A stretch of 64,000 nucleotides of DNA, taken from a virus (taxonomy: Duplodnaviria; Caudoviricetes). Positions 10,214-20,380 of the stretch are shown piece after piece (within the stretch, counting starts at the first letter, position 1; each line of letters starts with the position of its first letter). The notes under the pieces are model-generated. The model saw nothing but the letters and a program-made list of their open reading frames with translations. It ran no database searches and had not been told where the DNA came from. The stretch is taken from the IMG/VR virus record IMGVR_UViG_3300014204_000128, positions 1 through 64,000 of that record. One strand, given 5' to 3'. The position numbers were made by a program, and so were the translations under genes.

Positions 10214-10639
10214 ATGGTGACGTTGGCACAAATAGAATGGATTAACAACAACGTAGGTATTGAAGACTACTTAGAAGAACTTGGTGTCAATATCCCAGCA
10301 AACGGTAAAGTGTTTTGTCCTTTCCATTACAATGTTAACACTCCAGCAGCAAAGGTATACGACAAGGATGGTAAACAGTGTCTTTACTGTTACACGGAAA
10401 GAAGGTTCTATGGTACATTCGATGTGATGCGTAAACTAGGTTATCCAGATGAAAAGATTCACGAAATAGTTCCACGTGAATACTGGTATACAATGATAGA
10501 TGAACAGAAGGTAAATGATATAAAAGTTCCAGAGATACCAGAAAGTATATATGCTGACTCATCTAATGTATTCACATTATTGAATAAGCTGGACACTTTA
10601 TGGGAAAACGCTGATAACGTAAAATGTAGGAAACTATGA
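10214..10639 (+). CDS. Stand-alone CHC2 (DnaG-type) zinc-finger protein
   Basis: CPFH...TPAAKVY....LYC. No TOPRIM domain. Confidence 0.75.
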   Translation: MVTLAQIEWINNNVGIEDYLEELGVNIPANGKVFCPFHYNVNTPAAKVYDKDGKQCLYCYTERRFYGTFDVMRKLGYPDEKIHEIVPREYWYTMIDEQKVNDIKVPEIPESIYADSSNVFTLLNKLDTLWENADNVKCRKL

Positions 10640-10836
10640 GGGTACTAGTTGAATTAAAAGACGGTTCACAATTAGAAGGTGTAATCGGTTTGAAGGATGA
10701 GTCATTCTTAATGATAAAACTTAAACGTGCTGCTGTTAGAGTGTTTCACTGGGAACACATCTATGACGTTAAGTACGCAACTAAGAAGGAGTACATATCC
10801 ATGAACATGGACGTGTTCAGGAAAGCACGTGAATAA
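10636..10836 (+). CDS. Small hypothetical protein, possibly Sm/LSm-like
   Basis: MRVLVELKDGSQLEGVI resembles the Sm1 motif. Confidence 0.5.
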   Translation: MRVLVELKDGSQLEGVIGLKDESFLMIKLKRAAVRVFHWEHIYDVKYATKKEYISMNMDVFRKARE

Positions 10837-10852
10837 TAACTTAATACTAACA

Positions 10853-11485
10853 ATGATGAATTACTTATTCTTTGATACAGAAACATGTGGAACTCCAAAG
10901 AACTACAAATCAAAGATGACTGACGTAGATAATTGGCCAAGGGTTATACAACTAGCATGGGTGGTGGCTAACGATGTAGCAGAAATACAGGAAAGTCACG
11001 TTCACTTGATAAAGCCAGATGGGTGGGAAGTTCCAACGGTAGAGTACTGGCTACGTAAAGGACTGTCTCCAGAAATGGCTGCAAAAGAAGGCAAATTCTG
11101 GAAAGACAACGGGTATACGCAAGAAAATAACGAAGCTGACGGGTTGCCAATGACTCAAGTTCTCGACATGTTCACGGCATCACTATCAGTGAGTGATACA
11201 ATGGTGGCACATAATATGAATTTTGACTACAACGTTCTAGGGGCTGAATTAATAAGGTACGGTGTACACACAGGAAGGAAGTTAAACAGGCTCTGTACTA
11301 TGCAATCAAGCATAGACTTTTGTAGATTACCATCCAAGTTTCATGGACAATACAAGTTTCCAAGACTGGAAGAACTGCACATGAAACTATTTAACGAGTC
11401 ATTTGAAAATGCGCATGATGCATTAGCAGATGTACAGGCGTGTATGAGATGTTTCTTCGAATTACGTTCACTAGGTTTAATCTAA
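10853..11485 (+). CDS. DEDDh 3'-5' exonuclease (DnaQ/epsilon-like)
   Basis: FDTET, AHNMNFD, HDALAD. Confidence 0.92.
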   Translation: MMNYLFFDTETCGTPKNYKSKMTDVDNWPRVIQLAWVVANDVAEIQESHVHLIKPDGWEVPTVEYWLRKGLSPEMAAKEGKFWKDNGYTQENNEADGLPMTQVLDMFTASLSVSDTMVAHNMNFDYNVLGAELIRYGVHTGRKLNRLCTMQSSIDFCRLPSKFHGQYKFPRLEELHMKLFNESFENAHDALADVQACMRCFFELRSLGLI

Positions 11486-11489
11486 GAGT

Positions 11490-13571
11490 ATGGCAGCATC
11501 AACTAAGGCATCATATAAGAAACACACTGAACAGGTAGCAAGACCTGTAGCTTACAGGGACGTGCTTAAATGGGAAGCAGTCACAGATATTAATTACATG
11601 AAACAGTTGTTCGAAGGTAAGAAATTCTTCTCGTTCGATACAGAAACAACAGGTTTAGACTATAACAGGGCACGATTGGCAGGTTTCTCTTTCTGCTTTG
11701 ACAGTGTTACTGGGTATTACGTGCCAATTTCACATAAGACAGATATAAACGCTGACAGGAGTTTACTCGACTACGTTGTTTCCAAGATATGCGATAATGA
11801 CATTATAGTATACATGTTCAACAAACGATTTGACTTGAACATTCTGGAAATATCAGAGAAATATGAAATAGGGGTTAGGATGAACGTTAAAGATGTCCAG
11901 GCTCTGATATGGTTACGGGACACTGATATAACTATGCCAAGCTTGAAGTGGGCATCAGAGCATTTCCTTGGTATAATACAGCCACGGTACGACGACGTGG
12001 CAGGTAGTTCCACATTCGATTACGCTAAGGTTGAAGATATAACGGAGTATGCAGCACTGGATGCTATTTGTACACTTCGACTAGTTCCCGACACTCTAAC
12101 CAAACACAAGGATCTTAAACAGGTATTCGAAATAGATGACAAGTCTATAGAAGCTATGAGAATATTCGAGAAAGAACGTATACGTTTAGACATTGAATGG
12201 TTAAAGAAAGAACACGATTCTATTCTATTTAAGATAAAGGAAACAGAGAATAAGATATATGGTATGGTGGGTTACGAGTTCAATGTTAACAGTGATATAA
12301 AAGTGGCAGAAGCTTTACAGAAAAGTGGTGCTATACTAACAGAAAAGACCCCAGGAGGTCGATGGTGCGTGTCCATGGATATACTGGAAAAGCTGGATAT
12401 TCCACTTGCTAAACTTCTGGTAGAAAACAGTCGTATGGGAACATACCTATCCACATTTGTCAAGAACCTGATAGGTGAATCAGACTTGGAAGGTAAGATA
12501 CGGTTCAATTATAAACTTGTAAGTGTTGTAACGGGAAGGTTTAGTTCAGGTGGTGATAAAGAAAGTACTTACTACGCAAAACTGAACGCTCAAAATATCC
12601 CAAAACCTCACCAGATAGAAGTAGCCATGGTTCATGACAGCAGTTCATCAACTGGATGGGACATAAGGAATATATCTGACGTTTGCATACTAGACGAATC
12701 TGGTAAGATAACAGGTCTCGTTGATGGTATTGAAGAAGCATACATTTGTGAAACAGGGTGCAAAGACGGGGCTCTCCGAAGTGCTTTTCTACCTGATGAT
12801 GAAGACAGTGTATGGGTATCCATTGACTATAGTGGACAAGAACTAAGGATAGCAGCTAATTTCTCACATGAGAACACATTTATCGAAGCATATCGTACAG
12901 GGGGTGACCCTCACATGACAACAGCGAAAGCTATATGGGGGCCAACAGCAGACAAGAACCATAGAAGAATGGCAAAGGGTGCTAATTTCGCATTGCAGTA
13001 CGGCGGTTCAGCTTATACACTGATGCAGAACCTTAACTTATCAAAGGTAGAGGCTGATGATTTCTTTAAAAAGTACTGCGCAGCTATGCCAACACTAATA
13101 GCATGGCAGGCATACATGAAGAAGCAGGCAAAGCAGACAGGAGTGGTAAAGTCAGCGTTCGGCAGACCATACAGGTTGGGAAAATTCTTTACTGACGGGG
13201 TAGATAATAAAATGAGATCATACGGTGAAAGATGCGCACTTAATTATCCTATACAGGGGACAGGTGGTGACGTTATCAGAATAGCTGTAGTCAGGGTGTT
13301 GAATGTATTCATAGCGATGAAGAAAGCAGTGATAGATGGGTTTACATTCAAATCAACGGTGCATGATGAAATTAATTATTCAGTTAAGAAATGGTTCTTG
13401 CACGATTTCATGAGAACTATACCAGTACAGATGAGGATGAATTTCCAAGGGTGGGCAGTACCACTTGAGGTTGAAACGAGTATAGGAAATAACTGGTCTG
13501 AATGTGTACCATACACGTATAACATAGAAACCAGGGTATACACGCCAAAGGGTAAACACATAAAAAAGTAA
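11490..13571 (+). CDS. polA: Family A DNA polymerase with 3'-5' exonuclease, no 5'-3' exonuclease domain
   Basis: FDTETTG, FNKRFD, YAALDA, TGRFSS, NAQNIP, motif A DYSGQELR, motif B KGANFALQYG, NYPIQG, motif C VHDE. Confidence 0.96.
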   Translation: MAASTKASYKKHTEQVARPVAYRDVLKWEAVTDINYMKQLFEGKKFFSFDTETTGLDYNRARLAGFSFCFDSVTGYYVPISHKTDINADRSLLDYVVSKICDNDIIVYMFNKRFDLNILEISEKYEIGVRMNVKDVQALIWLRDTDITMPSLKWASEHFLGIIQPRYDDVAGSSTFDYAKVEDITEYAALDAICTLRLVPDTLTKHKDLKQVFEIDDKSIEAMRIFEKERIRLDIEWLKKEHDSILFKIKETENKIYGMVGYEFNVNSDIKVAEALQKSGAILTEKTPGGRWCVSMDILEKLDIPLAKLLVENSRMGTYLSTFVKNLIGESDLEGKIRFNYKLVSVVTGRFSSGGDKESTYYAKLNAQNIPKPHQIEVAMVHDSSSSTGWDIRNISDVCILDESGKITGLVDGIEEAYICETGCKDGALRSAFLPDDEDSVWVSIDYSGQELRIAANFSHENTFIEAYRTGGDPHMTTAKAIWGPTADKNHRRMAKGANFALQYGGSAYTLMQNLNLSKVEADDFFKKYCAAMPTLIAWQAYMKKQAKQTGVVKSAFGRPYRLGKFFTDGVDNKMRSYGERCALNYPIQGTGGDVIRIAVVRVLNVFIAMKKAVIDGFTFKSTVHDEINYSVKKWFLHDFMRTIPVQMRMNFQGWAVPLEVETSIGNNWSECVPYTYNIETRVYTPKGKHIKK

Positions 13572-13575
13572 TAAC

Positions 13576-13953
13576 ATGGGAGCAATCGTTGGATTAGATG
13601 GGAAACCAATAAAGAGTAAGCAACAAGTAAACGAAAAGGTAAACAATACTGTAGAGAAAGTACAGTGCCAGGTATTAGTAGGGGATTTGGACACGTTTAC
13701 CAAGACAAAACCATTTCCAATAAAAACTCCTGAAGGAACAGTCAGGGTTCCACCTGAACAGGTTGTGAGTAGTATAGCATTCAACCTGTACAGTTTGATG
13801 CAGATGACGGGACAACGTGAGATGATCATACGTATGAACGACAACAGTTCTGACTTAGCAGTTGACAAGGCTTTAGAATTATCTTTGTTACAAATACCAA
13901 AGAAAGAAGAACAAAAAAAGAAAGTTGATGAAGACGAAGTGTCCAACGATTAA
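13576..13953 (+). CDS. Hypothetical protein
   Basis: ORF in operon context. Confidence 0.65.
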   Translation: MGAIVGLDGKPIKSKQQVNEKVNNTVEKVQCQVLVGDLDTFTKTKPFPIKTPEGTVRVPPEQVVSSIAFNLYSLMQMTGQREMIIRMNDNSSDLAVDKALELSLLQIPKKEEQKKKVDEDEVSND

Positions 13954-14503
13954 AAGAGTAATATACTCGTGGGCAATGCCAGAGTATATTTTACTATTAC
14001 AGTGGGTAGGAACTAAACACTGGCAAAAAGTGTACGAAGAAGGCATGTCAACTGATGAAATACTTAAAGGGTTACAAAATTCGGTTATCAGTGAATTAAA
14101 CGAACATGATAAAATCATGCATACCGAAATATGGTCTGCATATGTATCTGGTAAAACTATAGACATACCAGAAGTAAGTTCTTTATTTTCAGTACTGGCT
14201 GTTAATAAAGATGTACTATATCATACTTTGCCCACACGAGATAACGAAAAGCAGTTTTATATAAGGGATGCACTGAACTATACGGTATCTGACATGGTGT
14301 CGCTTCATTACAAGGATATGAATACAATGCTTTGTAAGAATTTCAAAGGGCATGTACACGGGTACGCTGGTTCTACGTTCTCATTGTATTTCGAAGAACC
14401 AGTATTACGATGCGAAGTTGAAAACTTAATATATACAGGATCTATATTTAACTGTAATGGGTATGTATTAAGAATGCTGCCATTCATATTATATGAAGAA
14501 TGA
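13928..14503 (+). CDS. Hypothetical protein
   Basis: ORF in operon context. Confidence 0.6.
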   Translation: MKTKCPTIKRVIYSWAMPEYILLLQWVGTKHWQKVYEEGMSTDEILKGLQNSVISELNEHDKIMHTEIWSAYVSGKTIDIPEVSSLFSVLAVNKDVLYHTLPTRDNEKQFYIRDALNYTVSDMVSLHYKDMNTMLCKNFKGHVHGYAGSTFSLYFEEPVLRCEVENLIYTGSIFNCNGYVLRMLPFILYEE

Positions 14504-14772
14504 AGTTGACAGTTTCTGACATAGCCAGGAAAATGTTGATTGAAAAACGCATCAACTCCATAGGTTATGATGATATACACTTGATACAAGAAATATATAA
14601 AGAATGTGTGTCTAGGAAGATAATGAAGAATAGTGGAGGAGACATGGTTAGTCGGGTATTGTCTTGTTTCGAAGATTCAGTTATATTTGAAAAAGTAACA
14701 GATTCACACAAACGAAGATTATTCAGGCTAACAAGGCAAGAAAATACTTTCAACAAAGAAAAGCAACTATGA
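14500..14772 (+). CDS. Hypothetical protein, possible winged helix
   Basis: ATGA-coupled ORF, helical with an RRLFRL wing-like end. Confidence 0.5.
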   Translation: MKLTVSDIARKMLIEKRINSIGYDDIHLIQEIYKECVSRKIMKNSGGDMVSRVLSCFEDSVIFEKVTDSHKRRLFRLTRQENTFNKEKQL

Positions 14773-14829
14773 TGTGGCTTTTTTCATTTCAAAAACTTTA
14801 CCATTTTTTATATATTGAATTAAAATTGA

Positions 14830-14988
14830 ATGGGATTTTACACATATATACAATACAAGAGATGTTTTGATTGGGCGTATGGTAAAAGAGGTATAGCTCC
14901 AGGAACTTGCACTGAGTTACTTGAAAAAAAAGTTGACAGAACATTCATGACAAGAAGTGGTAAATTATTTTGTTTAAAACAGGTGTAA
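14830..14988 (+). CDS. Small 52-aa protein (MGFYTYIQYKRCFDWAYGKRG...) heading the structural operon
   Basis: Open frame below the ORF-track cutoff. Its TAA overlaps the next ATG (TAATG). Confidence 0.55.
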   Translation: MGFYTYIQYKRCFDWAYGKRGIAPGTCTELLEKKVDRTFMTRSGKLFCLKQV

Positions 14989-15530
14989 TGGCTACGGTAT
15001 ATTCCAGTGACTTTGAAGGTGAAGAAATAGACAAGGCTGTTTCTATAGTGCTTGGTTCAAAAGTAACAGCAAGTGAGTTATCGGTACTTCACACGGTAAC
15101 CGCTGGAGAAGCATCACCTCTAAAAGTATTGCTGACCGATAGTTCAAATAACATCAAAAATATAAATGTCCTAGGGTCTCAGTTCGTGGAAACGAAACAG
15201 ATAATTTTCGCACTCAAAACAATTGATCCATCAGACAGCCCTTCCATTGGGAATATTTTTGTCTATTTCAAAGAAGGGAATGCATACACTAAAAACAGTT
15301 CAGGAGTTGTAAAGAAACTAGGTGGTGGGTCTGAAAAAGTTTTCGAGTTCACGGATGTAACAACTGTAGTATGCATACATGACTTGGACAATAGATATCC
15401 TATAGTTGATATCTACGACACAACAGGGTTGAAAATAGAAGGACAAGTTCTATCATTTGACGTTAATACCACAGTAGTTTCATTCAATAACCAAAGAAGT
15501 GGTGTGGTTATAATAAGATTAACAATATAA
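14988..15530 (+). CDS. Putative virion structural protein
   Basis: N-terminal YSSDFEGEEIDKAV and C-terminal HDLDNRYPIVDIYD motifs typical of phage tail-associated proteins. Confidence 0.6.
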   Translation: MATVYSSDFEGEEIDKAVSIVLGSKVTASELSVLHTVTAGEASPLKVLLTDSSNNIKNINVLGSQFVETKQIIFALKTIDPSDSPSIGNIFVYFKEGNAYTKNSSGVVKKLGGGSEKVFEFTDVTTVVCIHDLDNRYPIVDIYDTTGLKIEGQVLSFDVNTTVVSFNNQRSGVVIIRLTI

Positions 15531-15532
15531 GA

Positions 15533-17557
15533 ATGACAGCAATCAGGCAGCATGACTATACTTTAGACTTGTGTAATAACCAGTTGATTAATTTACTACT
15601 TGAGAAATTCACAAGTGAAACAACAGTGGGTGCAATTCAAGAAGCACGCTTCGGTTATCATGATGTAAAGAAATTGCCATGTTTTCACAATGGGTTCTCA
15701 TTGCAATTCCTGGTAACTGAAGACTATGTTCAGTCATTGATAGGTGGCCTGGCATGGAAAGATGAAGCAGTCGTACTCTCTGATTCAAATATAGATGTTC
15801 AATTACTTTCTGCAGGTCTAGTAATAGATGGGGTCATCATGCAAGATGGTGACAGGGTATTACTGGTTAACCAGACAAACCTAGCAGAAAATGGTGCATG
15901 GGTAGTAGGTACACAAGAAAGAGCATTTGACCTTGACAGCTCAGCTGATTTTAACAACGCTATAGTTCCAGTTAAAAATGGAGACGTTTATAAAGGTGCT
16001 CAATTCAGGTGTTCAACAGTAGACCCAGATGTTGACATCGATCCAATAATATTTAAAGATTTTACTCCTTCCGTGCCAAATTCCTCTCTTACTACTAGGG
16101 GAAAGATCCAATTAGCATCCCAGGCTGAGGTGTTGTCAGGGGTTGACGCTGAAAAGGCAGTCACCCCTGCTACTCTTAAATACATACTAGACCCGATAAG
16201 GGCTCAACTGGGAACCTTAGTTCCTGCACCACCTTCTGGTTTGGCTGGAAGAACATTGCTAATGTTAACGTACTCAGCAAAAGAAGCAGGGACAGGAACA
16301 GTACATACTAATTGTACAGACGACACGACACCAGACGGTTCAGCCACGGCATTTTTTGACGGAGATAGTGGTATTCTATCTTGCGAGATAGATAGTGTAG
16401 TTTTAGGATCTGCAACGTTATCTACTGCATCTGACGTCGGAATATATAATAGCTTACACATAACAGATGACAGTGACCCGATACCTGTAGGTCAAATGGG
16501 TCACGGGATATATAAACAATTAAGCGCGTTTATCAGGGTATCAGAAGAATTGAGTTACGCACAGCATACATACAAACTGATACATAGTGTAACGGGAATG
16601 AGTAATCTGTTTACATTCAATGTGGATAATCCTGGAATTACAACAATATCAAATGTTTCCGCTATATATCCAGCTATTACTAAGTACATTTCTGGAGTTC
16701 CAACTTTAAAAACAGGAGATTCGATACTAGTATCATTCAGGGTAAACGGTGCAGTCGGTAAACATTACAATGCAACGAGGTTAGCAAGAATTTCAGGTTT
16801 ATATACGCAGTCATTAGATATACAACCACCATTAGTTGCACCGGAAGAGAACGCATTTGTTGATTACAGTTCATTATCTGTACTGGTTCTATCAGGTGTT
16901 TATACTGAAAATGCAAGCATAGATACAGTGGGTTACAACTCGAAGGGAATAAGTGGTACAGTCAATATATTAAATACAGGAAACAGGGTGGATACACTAT
17001 CAAACGAATCAATAAGGAAAGAAGCAGGTAGTGGTGCTGCTCCTTTAAGTGGCTACGGTTCCACATTCGATTCTACTAAATCACTGAAGACATTCTACAT
17101 AGAAGAATTACAGTTACTGGGTGGTAAGTTCCAAACACCATCTGGTGATTTTACAAGTAATAACCCAGCAGGTCCAGACTACTCTAGTGGCATGGGTACT
17201 GGTGTAAGACGTGTACTAATTGACCCACAGATAATATTGTCTGATGTATCTAATCTGGTTATAACACTGTCACAAGTAGAAGGAACATGGACAGATATTG
17301 AAACAACTGGAATAGATATACAGGTAAAAGTAGAAGGGCAGACGGGTTGGCTCGATGCTAATAAAGCGTTCTCACTGGTAGGTTTCCCTGAAAATGATGG
17401 TGACCCATGTATGGTGTATTCAGATAGTACTGAAACACAGAAGAAAATATCATTCGGACAGAAACCAAGAAGTGGGTCTTTATTTATACGAATAGGACTG
17501 CCAGCTGGTAGTGATAAGAAATTTAGCCAGTCAGTAACTATCAGCAACATAAATTAA
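15533..17557 (+). CDS. Putative tail/virion appendage protein, paralog A
   Basis: IDGV..QDGDRVLLVNQT..AENGAWV domain, fibre repeat RGKIQLASQAEV...AVTPATL, C-terminal ~450 aa shared with 18201..20360. Confidence 0.75.
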   Translation: MTAIRQHDYTLDLCNNQLINLLLEKFTSETTVGAIQEARFGYHDVKKLPCFHNGFSLQFLVTEDYVQSLIGGLAWKDEAVVLSDSNIDVQLLSAGLVIDGVIMQDGDRVLLVNQTNLAENGAWVVGTQERAFDLDSSADFNNAIVPVKNGDVYKGAQFRCSTVDPDVDIDPIIFKDFTPSVPNSSLTTRGKIQLASQAEVLSGVDAEKAVTPATLKYILDPIRAQLGTLVPAPPSGLAGRTLLMLTYSAKEAGTGTVHTNCTDDTTPDGSATAFFDGDSGILSCEIDSVVLGSATLSTASDVGIYNSLHITDDSDPIPVGQMGHGIYKQLSAFIRVSEELSYAQHTYKLIHSVTGMSNLFTFNVDNPGITTISNVSAIYPAITKYISGVPTLKTGDSILVSFRVNGAVGKHYNATRLARISGLYTQSLDIQPPLVAPEENAFVDYSSLSVLVLSGVYTENASIDTVGYNSKGISGTVNILNTGNRVDTLSNESIRKEAGSGAAPLSGYGSTFDSTKSLKTFYIEELQLLGGKFQTPSGDFTSNNPAGPDYSSGMGTGVRRVLIDPQIILSDVSNLVITLSQVEGTWTDIETTGIDIQVKVEGQTGWLDANKAFSLVGFPENDGDPCMVYSDSTETQKKISFGQKPRSGSLFIRIGLPAGSDKKFSQSVTISNIN

Positions 17558-17559
17558 AG

Positions 17560-18180
17560 ATGAGTATATTATTAGCATATAGTATAGAAGGTGTTCCTGT
17601 AACAATCTCAAACATGGACGTAGCTATTAAAAGTGGATTGAGTCCATTTGTGGTTTCTGAAGAAGAGAAAGAAGGTTATATTGACATAAGCAGTATACAA
17701 AACTGGTATTCATACATGGATTACTTAGATGTTGACTACAAGTTCTCACGTGACGAAATAAAGAAACTTTTTTACAAGTCTACACATGCATGGGAAGATT
17801 TAACAATCGAAGAAAAAACTATACTAGCAAAATTAATGCTAGTATCAAAAATGCATAGGGACGAAGTAATGAGTCAATTGGAACAAGACAAGGAAGCATG
17901 CAAACACATTTCTAAGATAACTGTAGTCAGAAAAGAAAGGTACGAGAAATTACTCTCATATATTTACACTAGGTTGACTAGAACGGATAGAAAAGAACTA
18001 TATACTATACTTGATAAATACAGGGTTCCTTATGTAACGTATGGTGAAGAAAGCATTGATTCAGACATGAGATACGGGATACTTGATTTTATAAAAAGTA
18101 TCTCAGGTATTATACCAGCAGAAGGGACTCTGGAAGATTTCATAAAAGGGTGCAGGGGTAAGATAGTATCAGGTTCCTAA
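17560..18180 (+). CDS. Hypothetical protein in the structural operon
   Basis: ORF in context. Confidence 0.6.
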   Translation: MSILLAYSIEGVPVTISNMDVAIKSGLSPFVVSEEEKEGYIDISSIQNWYSYMDYLDVDYKFSRDEIKKLFYKSTHAWEDLTIEEKTILAKLMLVSKMHRDEVMSQLEQDKEACKHISKITVVRKERYEKLLSYIYTRLTRTDRKELYTILDKYRVPYVTYGEESIDSDMRYGILDFIKSISGIIPAEGTLEDFIKGCRGKIVSGS

Positions 18181-18200
18181 CATGTAATTTTAAAACGAAA

Positions 18201-20360
18201 ATGGGATTAACAACGGATAGGAAAGCAGATAAAAGTTATAAACTTTCCAAAGGTGTCGCTCAAACATCAACGCAGAGAGCATCATATGAAGAAACACATC
18301 CAGTTTCACTCAGGGTGTTCCCTTCTCAGATATGGCTTGAGGCATCACTTATACAACCAGTAGCCCCTGGAGGGGCTGACGGGGATATAAATGGTGTTGT
18401 TAAAAGAGTCATAGACTTGGTACTCACGCAAGAAGCTGGTAAACCAAATGCATGGTACAATACAGAATTAGTGGATGCAATAGATCCAGAAAGATTTGGA
18501 GCATCTTATTTAATCGTGTTGAAAAGAAACGACGGGACAACAGTTCCTCCTGGTTCTGGTAATTATGAGGTTGACGTAGATGCTGGTGTTGTTACATTCG
18601 ATGACTCTTACGTGCCTACAGGGGCTCCTTTGAAGATATCATTCTACAAGTATGTGGGTGCAAAAGGGGTAAGTTCTGGTAGTGGCGTATCAGATATGTG
18701 GTTGACAGATGTGGCAGCTTTAAGACTAATAGATACACATAATGAAGGAGAAGATCTTTCTGTTTTCTCTACTAGTAGAGTTTATACTTATGTAAGTGCA
18801 TCAACATTGCCTGATGATGGGGTGTCTGTAATAAAACCAGCAGATGTTTCAGATTCTGGTCGCTGGGTTGCACAAAAAGTAATCGCTTCACTTTCTTCTG
18901 AGCTAGAACTAGGTGCAGCACCTTATGGAAGTAACTGGACTGATGGTTTGATACCAGTAACAGAAGCGTCTTTGCAAAATGACTTTAATCTACAGGTTTC
19001 TAAGATACTAAAACTTATAGCACCAGAACGTCCCGCTACTATGGACAACATGGTATTAACTATGTCAACATACTCGGCAAGACAAGCAGGTTCTGGTACT
19101 ATACATACATGTACTGACGATACAACTCCTACGGCAAGTATAGCCTCGGTAAATGACCCACAGGCTGGAGATGTATACGCTGAAGTTGACGCAGTAGAAT
19201 CAGGAAGAAGAACACTAACAACAGGAGATGACACGGGTGTTTACTCGGCAATGACAATAGTTTCTGATACTGACCCATATGATGGGCAAACAGGTAAAGA
19301 AGGGTTCTATAAAGTGTTAAACATCACGGTAACTAGTACTGCTATACTATCCATTGGTTCACACTCTTACAGGACTAGACATACTAGTGAAGGAGACTCT
19401 CTATTACTCGCATTCTGGGTAGATGACCCTACAACAGGTTCTATTTCATCAGTAACAGTGACAAGACCAGAGAGTGCAGGAGGATACGTATCAGGTGTTC
19501 CAACATTATCAGTAGGTCAAATAATTGGCTTTGATTTCAACGTTGTAAACGTGGTAAAATCACATTATAATGCTACTCGATTAGCAGCACTGTTTGGGTC
19601 TGAAGTATCTGATTTGGATGTGACCCCTCCTATAGTACCACCCGCTGCAAATAGTACAGTTTCATATATTGATCAAAATTTATCAGTAGAAGCAAATAAG
19701 TATACAGAATCAGCAAGTGTGACAATCACTCCTTACAATTCAAAAGGTGTAGCGGGAACTCCTTCAGTACAGGGTACAGCATGTAGGATTGATACAGTTT
19801 CAAGCGAGGTGAGTAGAAAAATAGCAGGTTCTGGACAATACCCAGCAACGGGGTACGGTTCTGCATTTGACAGTACACAGTCATTGAAAACTGTAAATAC
19901 TGAAGAATTACAAATGTTGAATGGGCAGTATCAGTTCCCAGGTGGTAACTACGCAAGCGCACAACCAACAGCAGGTCCAGACTACTCTAGTGGCATGGGT
20001 ACAGGAAATAGACGATGTATGCCAATAGCAGGTTTTGCTATAACAGCAGCATCTGGTTTCACAATAACATTCAATAACCCAACAGGTATGGTTATAGGTG
20101 ACCTGGATACCTCTACAATAACAATACAGGTAAAAGTAGAAGGGCAGACAGGGTGGTTAGATGCCAATAAAGCATTCTCGCTAGTCGGGGCTCCTTCTGT
20201 TGACGGTGATGCATGTATGGTTTACTCAGAATCAAGCGCAGCAGTAAGAAGGGTTTCATTTGGTAACTCTCCAAAAACAGGTACAGTTTACTTGAGAATA
20301 GGGTTACCAGCAGGATCTACTAAGAAATTTGGTGGTGTTACTATTTCAGCTATAGTTTAA
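18201..20360 (+). CDS. Putative virion appendage protein, paralog B
   Basis: N-terminal ~155 aa shared with 20381..23257, C-terminal ~450 aa shared with 15533..17557. Confidence 0.75.
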   Translation: MGLTTDRKADKSYKLSKGVAQTSTQRASYEETHPVSLRVFPSQIWLEASLIQPVAPGGADGDINGVVKRVIDLVLTQEAGKPNAWYNTELVDAIDPERFGASYLIVLKRNDGTTVPPGSGNYEVDVDAGVVTFDDSYVPTGAPLKISFYKYVGAKGVSSGSGVSDMWLTDVAALRLIDTHNEGEDLSVFSTSRVYTYVSASTLPDDGVSVIKPADVSDSGRWVAQKVIASLSSELELGAAPYGSNWTDGLIPVTEASLQNDFNLQVSKILKLIAPERPATMDNMVLTMSTYSARQAGSGTIHTCTDDTTPTASIASVNDPQAGDVYAEVDAVESGRRTLTTGDDTGVYSAMTIVSDTDPYDGQTGKEGFYKVLNITVTSTAILSIGSHSYRTRHTSEGDSLLLAFWVDDPTTGSISSVTVTRPESAGGYVSGVPTLSVGQIIGFDFNVVNVVKSHYNATRLAALFGSEVSDLDVTPPIVPPAANSTVSYIDQNLSVEANKYTESASVTITPYNSKGVAGTPSVQGTACRIDTVSSEVSRKIAGSGQYPATGYGSAFDSTQSLKTVNTEELQMLNGQYQFPGGNYASAQPTAGPDYSSGMGTGNRRCMPIAGFAITAASGFTITFNNPTGMVIGDLDTSTITIQVKVEGQTGWLDANKAFSLVGAPSVDGDACMVYSESSAAVRRVSFGNSPKTGTVYLRIGLPAGSTKKFGGVTISAIV

Positions 20361-20380
20361 TATTCTAATAACAATTTTAG

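Noticed and set aside
12590-12790. Intein or intron in polA
   Set aside because: The insert is short and in frame, and lacks the N-terminal Cys/Ser and C-terminal His-Asn splice motifs.
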